A stretch of 34,460 bases of DNA, taken from a virus (Duplodnaviria; Caudoviricetes). Under the pieces are notes generated by a model, which saw only the letters and a list, made by a program, of their open reading frames with translations, searched no databases and had not been told where the DNA came from. The stretch lies in IMG/VR virus record IMGVR_UViG_3300020045_011725, positions 1 through 34,460 of that record; one strand, given 5' to 3'. Positions 8,557 to 17,184 of this stretch are shown one piece after another; positions within the stretch are counted from its first letter, which is position 1, and every line of letters begins with the position of its first letter. The position numbers and the translations under genes are program-made.

Positions 8557-9953
8557 ATTATTTCTTTTATTAAATTTTCACGATAATCTGTATTCTCTTT
8601 AATCCAAATCAAGCCATCTGAATCCATCCCACAAGGGATTAATCCAGCACACCAACGTTGGCTATATGCCATATTCCCCCCCAAATTCCAAAGCATTTTT
8701 ACTTCTTTTTTTAAATCTTCAGTAAGAAAACCCCCATTTTTATTTACATAATTTTCAAAATCTGACCAAGAAACAGCGACCCCTTTTTTTAATATGTATC
8801 TTGCGGCCATAACCGTACATCCATAATTCCAACCACCTTCAAAATAATCCTCAACTTCACAACAAATAGATTGGTCATTATTAATTTGATTACCCATATC
8901 AAAAGTACTACAACTAAATCCGTAGTCCCTAAATAATTCCATGAATTTACCCAATAAAAGAGAGCCTAATGGCTGACTATCACACCCCACTGTAAAAATA
9001 CGGTCATAATCTAAGCCAATATTCATAAAACATTGACGTAATCCAGAATTATTTGCTGTATACGAATAAGTATCAAAAGTTATATTCCTAACACCAGCCC
9101 CCCACATATCTTCCATGTATTTTGTTAAATATTCCGGTTCATCATTGGTTAAAAATAAATAGGGTTCTATTCTTGCCACTACACGAACTCCAGCCGCACA
9201 TAAATTTTTAATACCTTCTAAGCGTTGTTCATATGATGGCGCTCCAGGCTCTAATGCTTTTAATAAAGTATTATTTGCCGAAATAACAGTAACATGTACT
9301 GCGGCTTTCGCTTTATTTTCTGACAATGCTTTCACATAGGGGTCAGTCCCAACTACATTTGATTTAGTGTTCAACATTACTGGGTAAGCTATTTCTTTCA
9401 GATATTCTAACATAGATAGGCTGACCCCGGCTTTTTGTTCATTTCTTAAAAAATCTTCAAAACGAATACCCATTCGAACCGGAATTTCTAAAGCAAAGGC
9501 TTTATTAATATGCGTCAATTTTTGTTTTTCAGGCATGGTCATGCCTCTAAAACGTTCCATTTTATCTAATTCTTTTTTGTAGTATTCCGGGTTGCAATGT
9601 CGTAGCCCCATTGTTTTACTATTGTCAAAAAAAGCAGTATATAAAGAAGCCCGGAAAGCATTCGCAAAACAATAAATACAATTATAAGGACAAACCAAAC
9701 CATCCCAAATATCCATATTAAAAGGTAAGGGACAAGCAGCGGCACGAACGGATATTTCCAGAAAATTATTAATTTCTTCAGTGTTGAGCAACCGCTCTTG
9801 TTTTCGCCATTCCCCTATTTTTAAATTGAATTGGCTATAATTTTTTTTTCGTCCTTTCTCTTGTACAATTTCGGCCTTTCTATTTGAAGAATACAACTGA
9901 GTCATCCGGGGGACAACTCTGGCAATAATTTTTCTTAACTCCCAATAATTCAT
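8553..9953 (-). CDS. Radical SAM enzyme (SplB/COG1533-like)
   Basis: CPYNCIYC CxxxCxxC motif, NTKS, LEPGAPSYEQRL, RIEP, C-terminal CC. Confidence 0.88.
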   Translation of the reverse strand: MNYWELRKIIARVVPRMTQLYSSNRKAEIVQEKGRKKNYSQFNLKIGEWRKQERLLNTEEINNFLEISVRAAACPLPFNMDIWDGLVCPYNCIYCFANAFRASLYTAFFDNSKTMGLRHCNPEYYKKELDKMERFRGMTMPEKQKLTHINKAFALEIPVRMGIRFEDFLRNEQKAGVSLSMLEYLKEIAYPVMLNTKSNVVGTDPYVKALSENKAKAAVHVTVISANNTLLKALEPGAPSYEQRLEGIKNLCAAGVRVVARIEPYLFLTNDEPEYLTKYMEDMWGAGVRNITFDTYSYTANNSGLRQCFMNIGLDYDRIFTVGCDSQPLGSLLLGKFMELFRDYGFSCSTFDMGNQINNDQSICCEVEDYFEGGWNYGCTVMAARYILKKGVAVSWSDFENYVNKNGGFLTEDLKKEVKMLWNLGGNMAYSQRWCAGLIPCGMDSDGLIWIKENTDYRENLIKEII

Positions 9954-9987
9954 AATGTAGTTTTATAATATTATACAATTTTTGTAT

Positions 9988-10800
9988 TTAATGACCGATA
10001 TTCCAAAATAAAATTGGTGCTTTTAATGATTTTTCATTTTCTATCAGCCATTGCCAGGCTTTAGCGTCATAATAAGGGTGACATGGAAATGGTGGAGTTA
10101 TTTGACTTTTTTGAGTATATTCCCATCCAGGGTCTACTAACTTAAAATTATTAGTTTTAAATATTCCCGAATTTATTGATTGGGCTTTATTTAAAATTTG
10201 ATTTGCTTTTTTATTAACATCTCCTGTTCGGGTCATTATCCCATATAAATCCCAAGATGAAGGCCATTCGTTTAATATACTCATTATACCAGAACATATA
10301 GTACCACTACCAACGCAAACTATTATGGATTTAATATTAAAATCCAAATAATTTAAAGTGCCCCAAAATTCATGGGCTGTTTCCTGTATTGTTTCTTTAA
10401 AAGGTAATCCTAATGGCAATAATACAGAATTTGGTATTTTTTTTAAAATGGATTTACTAATATACCAATTCACCTTAGCCATACCAGCTTTAATTGGTAT
10501 GATTTCAGCCCCTAATTTATACCATTGTTTCCTATGATATTCCAATACTTCTGGAGTTTTAATATATTGAGGGTCAAAAATAATAGCTTTCATCCCTAAT
10601 TCTTTACACGCCCAGGTAACCCCCCACCCAGCCATTGATATACTGGTTTCTGTGTACCCAACAGTGGTTATTCCTTGTTTTTTTAATTTTTCTAAATGTG
10701 GGATGATGCCCCGGCACTTGGAAAACGGAGGGGCAGGGGATTCAAAACATAAGTCCTCCCGTTTAACATAAATATTTCCATACAATTCCACAGGGGTCAT
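9988..10800 (-). CDS. PLP-dependent fold-type II enzyme, phage type
   Basis: IYVKREDL...SKCR (Schiff-base Lys), phosphate loop VGSGTICSG, PYYDAKAW, terminal LFWNIG. Confidence 0.85.
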   Translation of the reverse strand: MTPVELYGNIYVKREDLCFESPAPPFSKCRGIIPHLEKLKKQGITTVGYTETSISMAGWGVTWACKELGMKAIIFDPQYIKTPEVLEYHRKQWYKLGAEIIPIKAGMAKVNWYISKSILKKIPNSVLLPLGLPFKETIQETAHEFWGTLNYLDFNIKSIIVCVGSGTICSGIMSILNEWPSSWDLYGIMTRTGDVNKKANQILNKAQSINSGIFKTNNFKLVDPGWEYTQKSQITPPFPCHPYYDAKAWQWLIENEKSLKAPILFWNIGH

Positions 10801-11849
10801 AGTCCGGCATCTTTTAAATTAAACATTTTTTTATTAGTCCCATTAATTAAGGCTAAACCGTCATTAAAATCACCAGTACCATCATTTGTTTCTTTTATCG
10901 TTTTTTCAATGGAATATCCTTTTTGACGACATAATTTAAAATGATGCGAGTTAAAAGTACAAGGATTTGGAACATTAACGCCACAACAAGTATTCGCTTT
11001 TTCAACCCAATCTTTACCAGTATTAACAAAGTCTGGACAACCAAGTATTATATTATATTTTTTGGAAATTTCTAACAAATTAGGTAGTATTTTTTTCCAT
11101 TCTTTATCTTGATTGTAAAACCAAATTTTTTCAATATCCACACCAATCGAATGTAATCTTTTAGCCACGTACGCATTGAAATGGAAATTATATGTATTGT
11201 ATCTATTAATTTTATGGGCTTTTAAGAGTTTTAAAGTATCTTCAAAATCTTTTTCGGTATGAAACCCTGGAATAAACGGTTCCCCATTAACGCCTCCTGG
11301 TATGCCTAAACTTTGTAAATATGATAAATGTTTAATTCTATCTAAAGGGGGGGTTGTTCTTTTTCTTTCAAATATTTCCCAATCTTTTTCTAATCCAGGG
11401 GAAACAACAGGCATAATGGTAATTAAATTTTTTTTATATGCTCTTATTATTTTCTTTTCGTATTCCATCATTATCCCTGTAAACCGGGTCTGTATTACGA
11501 AAGTCCAATCTAATTTTGTTAATATATTGAATATTTCTTTGCTAATTTTATGTTCTTTTTCGGCTTCTTGAAAGGGGTCTGTCTTATTACCCCATCGTAT
11601 TGTTTTTTTATGCGCTAAAGCGCTTGAAAGTGTAGTTTTTGGAAATTTATTTTGTAAAGACGTTATTAGTTTTTTTTCTAATAAGAATAAATCAGCGGGT
11701 TTTAATTCTTTTCCCCAAACATGATTCAAATTTCGTAAATAACAATGGTGGCAATCAGTAAGACAATTACCATAACTGTCTAAAGATAACGAAAGGGGGC
11801 AATATAAACTGTCCCCCCTTATCGTTATACTGTTTTTTAATAGTTCCAT
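10797..11849 (-). CDS. Radical SAM enzyme (SplB/COG1533-like), paralog of 8553-9953
   Basis: CLTDCHHC CxxxCxxC motif, GNKTDPFQ, EPFIPG, C-terminal TCCG. Confidence 0.88.
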   Translation of the reverse strand: MELLKNSITIRGDSLYCPLSLSLDSYGNCLTDCHHCYLRNLNHVWGKELKPADLFLLEKKLITSLQNKFPKTTLSSALAHKKTIRWGNKTDPFQEAEKEHKISKEIFNILTKLDWTFVIQTRFTGIMMEYEKKIIRAYKKNLITIMPVVSPGLEKDWEIFERKRTTPPLDRIKHLSYLQSLGIPGGVNGEPFIPGFHTEKDFEDTLKLLKAHKINRYNTYNFHFNAYVAKRLHSIGVDIEKIWFYNQDKEWKKILPNLLEISKKYNIILGCPDFVNTGKDWVEKANTCCGVNVPNPCTFNSHHFKLCRQKGYSIEKTIKETNDGTGDFNDGLALINGTNKKMFNLKDAGL

Positions 11850-11859
11850 TTTTTAGTTA

Positions 11860-12465
11860 TTACTTAGATGGAACCTCCATGCCTAATGCTATAAAAGCAC
11901 GATGTATCATTTTAATCATGTTAAGACTCTCTTTCACATTGTCCCGGCCGCCATGCTCAATATTAATTTTGTTGGCGTTTTTAGCCCAATCTTCAAAAGA
12001 TTTTGGCTTTGTATTTTGTAACGCCAAAGCAATGGCCTCAGAACGGGAAAAATTTGATTTTTTAACCTCTTTTTTAGGGGTTGTTTTGGTTTCCTTTTTG
12101 GCCGGTTTTTCTTCAGGTATGTCCTCTTGGTCATCATCTTGGGCATCCTCGTCATCGTCCTCTGGTTCTTCAACTTTAGCAACTGGTTTTGCTACTTTTT
12201 TAACCTCTTTTTTAGGGGTTGTTTTGGTTTCCTTTTTGGCCGGTTTTTCTTCAATTTCTTCTTCAGGTTCCTCCCTCAAAGTATCAATCAATTCTTGGGT
12301 TTCTTCAGAAAACTCATCATCTTCAGTAGTCAAAGAGATTGCTTTTTTTACTAAAGGTAACAAAGCAACAACCTTTAAACTGGAATCAATTGCAGGGTCA
12401 AGTCCAAGAACTTCATTAAGTTCGTCAGCCGCTTTTTTAAGCGTTTTTTGTGAAATAGTACTCAT
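11860..12465 (-). CDS. Charged low-complexity protein with duplicated Lys-rich repeat
   Basis: EEKPAKKETKTTPKKEVKK occurs twice around an acidic tract. Confidence 0.75.
   Translation of the reverse strand: MSTISQKTLKKAADELNEVLGLDPAIDSSLKVVALLPLVKKAISLTTEDDEFSEETQELIDTLREEPEEEIEEKPAKKETKTTPKKEVKKVAKPVAKVEEPEDDDEDAQDDDQEDIPEEKPAKKETKTTPKKEVKKSNFSRSEAIALALQNTKPKSFEDWAKNANKINIEHGGRDNVKESLNMIKMIHRAFIALGMEVPSK
12058..12253. repeat. 58-bp perfect direct repeat (12058-12115 and 12196-12253)
   Basis: ttttttaacctcttttttaggggttgttttggtttcctttttggccggtttttcttca read twice. Confidence 0.92.
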
Positions 12466-12515
12466 TTTGATTAAATTTTAAATTTATATTAAAGTTAAAA
12501 ACAATTTTTCGATAC

Positions 12516-12550
12516 AAAACCCCGGAAATCCTTAATTTGATTTTCCGGGG
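12516..12550 (-). terminator. GC-rich hairpin with short U-tract (terminator/attenuator-like)
   Basis: Minus strand ccccggaaaatc-aaattaag-gatttccgggg-tttt, about 55 nt upstream of the ATG at 12465. Confidence 0.45.
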
Positions 12551-12639
12551 CAATTTAACAAAAACTAAACTTTCCTCATAACCTAATAATTTAATTAACA
12601 ACTAATTAAGAGTTATTAAATAACTAACCTAAACAGATA

Positions 12640-12648
12640 GTAAAAATA
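12640..12648 (-). promoter_or_regulatory. Putative promoter -7 box TATTTTTAC
   Basis: One of four intergenic TAnnTTTAC boxes facing downstream operons; resembles the Bacteroidota TAnnTTTG element. Confidence 0.45.
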
Positions 12649-12708
12649 AAGTATAATTATCAAATTTCAAAATAATTTATGATTTATTTTTTAAAAAATT
12701 TTTAAAAA

Positions 12709-14247
12709 TCATAAATAACTCCCAATAATGGGTCTCCCTCGTTTTAAATTCTGTAAAACAACAATCTCATCGGCGCTGCTAAACTCGTCCTCCCTCAATA
12801 TTAACTTATTGATACGCATCAAACCAATCTTTTTTTCCCGGTCTTTCGGGTCTTGGTTTAATCCATACATTGCCGTAACATGTCCGTACTTACGCTTATC
12901 CTCACTAAAATTACTAAGTTTCAAGCGGTGTTGATCATACGATTTAGAATCAGCTTGGGTTGCTGTTATTAGTATACAATTTTTCTCTTGGTTCAGTCCT
13001 CTCAAATCTTTCCATATTTGATTTTGTTGATGTCTAAATTCAACCCGGGCATCACAAACTAATAAATCAGCGTAATCAATAATAATAAAATCAGGCGCAA
13101 ATCCATCTTCTTTTTCCCAAATACCCAAAATAGCTTTTATTTGCTTAACAGACAAACTACCATTGGCGTGGGTGGATAGTCTAAATTTTCGTTTATGTTT
13201 AATGAAGAACTCCGAATATACATCTTTGGCCTCTTCTTTTTTTAATGGACTAATTGCCGGGGTTTCTTTAATCCAAGGAACGCCCCAATGAGCGTCTTCG
13301 TATTCCTCACAATTATAACAGGGTTTATAATCTGGATTTTCTTTTAAAGCATCTACAAGAGCGTCTTTCGTAACCTCCTCCCGAATCATTTCTTCAGTCA
13401 TATTATCAAATACACCAAAATCACATTCTCTTTCTTTTTTCCGGCATGTATTTCGTTGGTTATGTATACAATCCCGCAATGGCTCGTGGGAAGCTACGCA
13501 ATATTTTTCTTTGTTTGATTTTCCCGTTAAATTTATAGCAATACGCATTAGTTGCTGCCCTTCACTCATATCCCCGGCTTGGAAAAAGGCAACTTTGTAT
13601 TTTTTACAAGCCCGTAAAGCTATTTCAATCATTAAAAATGTTTTACCTCTTTTTTCTGAAGCCATAAAAGCAATAAAAGCCCCTCGAACAAACTGGTCAT
13701 TCCAAAATTTACCTAATTGCTTTGGCCATTTTAAAAGTGGGTCTGCCTGAGCCTCAAAAGCCTTTTCAATTTTTTCCAAAACAGCATTACTGCTTAAATC
13801 GATATCAGTATCAGAAGCGTCTGGGATGGGCTTAAAATCACAAGCATTTTTTTCGGCTTCTTCAATCTGACTACTGGCAATCAAGGCTTGTAATGTATCA
13901 CAATATAGGATCAACCTACGTTCTCTGAAATGCTTTTTTGATTGGGCAATAGCGTAATCTAAATTGAAGGACTCTTGTTCATACTCTTCTGACAATCCGG
14001 GCAATATTTCTTCTTCAATCTCGTTTGTTATTTCTTTAGAAATCTTCGATGAAGCAACCTTTTCATAAAAAATACTTTCAATATTACGTCCCGGGGCTTT
14101 ATCGAATTTTTCGAAATATTCCCAAACCCAACTTGCCAGTCGTTTTGCTGTAGGGGATTCTAAGTAGGAAACATCCCAAATATTTCTGATTTGACGTAAA
14201 AAATCAGTGGATGTGATTAAATAGATTATTATTTTACGTTCAATCAT
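12709..14247 (-). CDS. dnaB: Replicative helicase, DnaB/gp41-like (SF4), with Cys-rich insertion
   Basis: Walker A-like ASEKRGKT, IIIDYADLL, TATQA, FSEDKRK; insertion DCIHNQRNTC..EC..PCYNC. Confidence 0.85.
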   Translation of the reverse strand: MIERKIIIYLITSTDFLRQIRNIWDVSYLESPTAKRLASWVWEYFEKFDKAPGRNIESIFYEKVASSKISKEITNEIEEEILPGLSEEYEQESFNLDYAIAQSKKHFRERRLILYCDTLQALIASSQIEEAEKNACDFKPIPDASDTDIDLSSNAVLEKIEKAFEAQADPLLKWPKQLGKFWNDQFVRGAFIAFMASEKRGKTFLMIEIALRACKKYKVAFFQAGDMSEGQQLMRIAINLTGKSNKEKYCVASHEPLRDCIHNQRNTCRKKERECDFGVFDNMTEEMIREEVTKDALVDALKENPDYKPCYNCEEYEDAHWGVPWIKETPAISPLKKEEAKDVYSEFFIKHKRKFRLSTHANGSLSVKQIKAILGIWEKEDGFAPDFIIIDYADLLVCDARVEFRHQQNQIWKDLRGLNQEKNCILITATQADSKSYDQHRLKLSNFSEDKRKYGHVTAMYGLNQDPKDREKKIGLMRINKLILREDEFSSADEIVVLQNLKRGRPIIGSYL

Positions 14248-15050
14248 ATTGGTAATTGTATTTTTTGCAAACTAACTGTACTTACATGGGTATAGATTTC
14301 TGTTGTTTTACTTGAATAATGTCCTAATATTTTTTGAATATACCGTAAATCAACTCCAGCTTCTAACATAGCCGTTGCCGATGAATGTCGGAGTAAATGA
14401 AAATGATATTCTTTCCCTAAATATTGTTTAACTATTTGATTACAACTTGTTGCGGAGTATTTTAAATCAAATTGTCCGTTAAATAAATAAACAGAAGGTC
14501 TACAAGATTTAAAATATAAACGTAATAAATCAAGTATTTTTATGGAAAGTGGGACTATCCTATCTTTTTTACCTTTTGCTTGTCTAATATTTATTATCAT
14601 TCTTTTTGAATCTATATCTTCAATTTTTAAGTTAATAATTTCACTTACCCGTAACCCAACTGAATACGCTAATGAAATAATAGCTTTATGTTTTATATTT
14701 GGAATTTTATCAATCTTATCCAATAAAAATTCTTTATCTATAACTTGTGGTAAATGTTTTTCTTTACGGGGTCTTTGAAAATCAATTTTATCATATTTCT
14801 TTTTTAATACTTTTTCATATTCAAATTTCAAAGCATTAATTATTTGGTTTTGTTGAGAAATAGATGAAAATTTGTATGTAGTTAAGTATTCTGAAAAATC
14901 ATTTGATGTAAGATGTTGGTAATATTTGTTTCTATTTTCTATAAACTTCTCAAAATAATGAGAATACATTTGAATAGTTCTTTCCGAATAATTAAAATAT
15001 TTTAAAGATTGTGTATAAATCTTTAAAAATTCGTCTATATTTTTATTCAT
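14244..15050 (-). CDS. Tyrosine recombinase (integron-integrase-like/XerD-like) lacking the IntI-specific insertion
   Basis: N-terminal SAM-like YSERTIQMY; catalytic GLRVSE, KGKKDR, HLLRHS, LGH, TTEIYTHV; stop overlaps the helicase ATG; ATG at 15050 (TTG at 15056 possible). Confidence 0.92.
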   Translation of the reverse strand: MNKNIDEFLKIYTQSLKYFNYSERTIQMYSHYFEKFIENRNKYYQHLTSNDFSEYLTTYKFSSISQQNQIINALKFEYEKVLKKKYDKIDFQRPRKEKHLPQVIDKEFLLDKIDKIPNIKHKAIISLAYSVGLRVSEIINLKIEDIDSKRMIINIRQAKGKKDRIVPLSIKILDLLRLYFKSCRPSVYLFNGQFDLKYSATSCNQIVKQYLGKEYHFHLLRHSSATAMLEAGVDLRYIQKILGHYSSKTTEIYTHVSTVSLQKIQLPI

Positions 15051-15056
15051 ACTCAA

Positions 15057-15093
15057 ATAGTTATGCGTTAAAATTTATATATTATAGTTATGT
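15057..15093 (+). other. attI-like primary recombination site (core G/TTATGT at 15087)
   Basis: First GTT of the array, no upstream hairpin, directly 5' of the recombinase; 9-bp direct repeat ATAGTTATG at 15057-15065 and 15084-15092. Confidence 0.6.
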
Positions 15094-15108
15094 TTAATTT
15101 TTAAAATT

Positions 15109-15405
15109 TTATGAATTTGTTTTATACTTCGCAATCCATTCATCATAAGTCAGTGTATTAAATTGTAAATATCTCTTTGCAATTTCAGAATTATATTGTC
15201 TGTTTTCTTCCATTAAATTACCATCTCTAAACATTTCACCAGTTCTAATTGCTTTCCAATCTAATCCACCATTCCATTCAACAATTAACATTTGTGACAT
15301 CACATCTTTTAAATGCTCTTGTGTTGTTGTTTCACTTTGCATATTTATAAAACCATCAGTTACTTGTTTCATATATGCTTCGTATTCCTTTTGATATTCT
15401 CTCAT
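15109..15405 (-). CDS. Cassette 1 hypothetical protein (98 aa)
   Basis: ORF fills cassette 15087-15484. Confidence 0.75.
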   Translation of the reverse strand: MREYQKEYEAYMKQVTDGFINMQSETTTQEHLKDVMSQMLIVEWNGGLDWKAIRTGEMFRDGNLMEENRQYNSEIAKRYLQFNTLTYDEWIAKYKTNS

Positions 15406-15436
15406 ATTTTCATTTGTATAAAATTTTTAAAACTAA

Positions 15437-15490
15437 ACATAACAACAAATATATTGCATTAAAACGACAATATATTTGCAACCGTTATAG
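15437..15490 (+). repeat. attC-like site 1 (short, 54 bp)
   Basis: ACATAAC-aa-CAAATATATTG...CAATATATTTG-caacc-GTTATAG. Confidence 0.8.
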
Positions 15491-16126
15491 TGCATTGTAA
15501 AAAGACTGCCACTCCGATTGAGATTTGAATTTTGAAAAGTATTCATTTCCTTCAAATATCAATTTAAAATCAGTCCATTTTAATTTCTCATTTACAGTTG
15601 GGGTATATTTTTCAACTCCAAACGTTTTCGCTCCTATTCGTTTTGCAAAGTCAACAGTAAAGTAAAAAGCCTTTAAATTATTTTCTGCCAACACTTTAAA
15701 CCCATGCTCTAAAATATCAATTACTTCTTGTTTGCTTTTCTCTTTGCCGATAATCATTGATAATCTTCCACTATGTATAAAGTTATGGCAATAATGGCAA
15801 AGTGGCTCAATACTTTTTACTTCGCAAATTCCCGTATTATAATCAATATTCCAAAACTCATGTGCCTCTAACCATTTATGTTTTTTAGCCTCTGATTTAG
15901 CAACTCCACAAGCTACGCAATGGTAATCTGTGCTTTTATATGTTTTTTGCCTTGTTTCATCCCACCAATTTTGACCCTTAATTTCTCGTGGTGCAACACC
16001 ATGTAAGGGTTTTGGAATGTGGGGGTGGCAAAGAATTTCAGGTTTCAAAACCAACGCACTATAACACTCGCTATAAGTAATGGCGGAGTTCGTGCTGTTA
16101 TTATCGTTTGTGCTTTCTATTGTCAT
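15485..16126 (-). CDS. Cassette 2 HNH-like Zn-binding nuclease-domain protein
   Basis: CVACG...LEAHEFW...LCHYCHNFIH; stop codon is the TAA of the core site; likely ATG lies inside the attC loop. Confidence 0.7.
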   Translation of the reverse strand: MTIESTNDNNSTNSAITYSECYSALVLKPEILCHPHIPKPLHGVAPREIKGQNWWDETRQKTYKSTDYHCVACGVAKSEAKKHKWLEAHEFWNIDYNTGICEVKSIEPLCHYCHNFIHSGRLSMIIGKEKSKQEVIDILEHGFKVLAENNLKAFYFTVDFAKRIGAKTFGVEKYTPTVNEKLKWTDFKLIFEGNEYFSKFKSQSEWQSFYNAL

Positions 16127-16188
16127 TTGTTGTATTTTGATAGTGAGTAGTTCTAAATCCGCCACTACTCATAGCGGAACCGTTAGCG
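16059..16188 (+). repeat. attC-like site 2 (130 bp)
   Basis: CTATAAC-act-CGCTATAAGTAATGGCGGA...TCCGCCACTACTCATAGCG-gaacc-GTTAGCG. Confidence 0.88.
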
Positions 16189-16425
16189 TTCATGATAAAA
16201 GACTGTACCAACAATCTTATCCGAATTATTGAAACATTGGTTAATAAATTGAGCATGAAGCAACGCTTCGTATTTGTTTTTAGTTGTTAATATCTCTGAA
16301 CCGTCAACAACTAAATAAGGTATTCTGGCAATTTTGTATTTGCCACCTAATTGCTCACCGATAATATTCCAAGCTGTTTTTGATTGGCTGTGAACTACTT
16401 TTGTTTTGATTTTTGGATTTTCCAT
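16183..16425 (-). CDS. Cassette 3 hypothetical protein (80 aa)
   Basis: ATG at 16425 (MENPKIKTK); stop is the TAA of the core site. Confidence 0.75.
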   Translation of the reverse strand: MENPKIKTKVVHSQSKTAWNIIGEQLGGKYKIARIPYLVVDGSEILTTKNKYEALLHAQFINQCFNNSDKIVGTVFYHER

Positions 16426-16468
16426 TATGTTCTTTTTTAAAATTAATACTCTGAAATAAAGCACGAAA

Positions 16469-16598
16469 CGCTAACACAGCGTATAAAACAAAAGGGTTGC
16501 AGTAGTATGCGTTGTGTAGTGATTTCTATTGGCGTTCATCTCGTGGGATAAAGACACACTCTTTAATCCCTTTCGATTTCATACGCTCATCGTTATGC
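16469..16598 (+). repeat. attC-like site 3 (130 bp)
   Basis: CGCTAAC-ac-AGCGTATAAAACAAAAGGG...CCCTTTCGATTTCATACGCT-catc-GTTATGC. Confidence 0.85.
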
Positions 16599-17111
16599 CC
16601 CATATTGGATAATGACCGTCTCCGAAGCATTGTATTTGTTTTTATAATATTTATCTCCCTTGTAAAGACTAATAAATGGGCAATCAATATTCAATTCCTT
16701 CCATTTTTCAACCGCAAACTCAACAAGTTGCTCAAAAGTATCAAACCTTTCAGTTAATCCCGTATCTGGATTTTCTTTGATAAAATCAGCGTGTTCAATA
16801 TCATTTGCCCACCTAAAGGCTCTTTGATTTGAATTATGTCCATCTTTTTCATCCAATTGTTTTGCTAACTCCAATGTTAAAGGCCTTTTAAGTTCAATAT
16901 TTTTACCCAAGTATTTTACGTTATGGTCGTCAACATTATCAATGGTTACATTCTCTTTTTCTGACAAAATTAGAGTGCCGTATAAATGAGTTGCATCGGC
17001 ACATTGCCCAGCCCACGAATCAATATTCAGAATAGCTAAATAAATACGGGGCATAACACTCGCTATAAGTAATGGCGGGTTAGTCTGTTGTTTATCTTTT
17101 GTGCTTTTCAT
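16593..17111 (-). CDS. Cassette 4 hypothetical protein
   Basis: Stop is the TAA of the core site; start at 17111 (attC loop) or 17054 (within the inverse core). Confidence 0.72.
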   Translation of the reverse strand: MKSTKDKQQTNPPLLIASVMPRIYLAILNIDSWAGQCADATHLYGTLILSEKENVTIDNVDDHNVKYLGKNIELKRPLTLELAKQLDEKDGHNSNQRAFRWANDIEHADFIKENPDTGLTERFDTFEQLVEFAVEKWKELNIDCPFISLYKGDKYYKNKYNASETVIIQYGA

Positions 17112-17178
17112 ATAGTTTATTGTATTTCGATAGTGAGTAGTTCTAAATCCGCCACTACTCATAGCGGAAACGTTATAA
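17051..17178 (+). repeat. attC-like site 4 (128 bp), near-identical arms to site 2
   Basis: Shares ataacactcgctataagtaatggcgg and gatagtgagtagttctaaatccgccactactcatagcggaa with site 2. Confidence 0.9.
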
Positions 17179-17184
17179 CCAACC

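Noticed and set aside
8553-11849. Spore photoproduct lyase / DNA repair as the function of the radical SAMs
   Set aside because: Family resemblance only; two paralogs flanking a PLP enzyme beside a transferase point to biosynthesis or modification.
12058-12253. Diversity-generating retroelement template/variable repeat pair
   Set aside because: The copies are identical with no adenine-specific differences, lie within one ORF, and no reverse transcriptase is present.
14244-15050. Ordinary prophage integrase marking a lysogeny module or prophage boundary
   Set aside because: No repressor, excisionase or host genes adjoin it; it lacks an arm-binding extension, is coupled to DnaB and abuts the cassette array. 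A second role in integration cannot be fully excluded.
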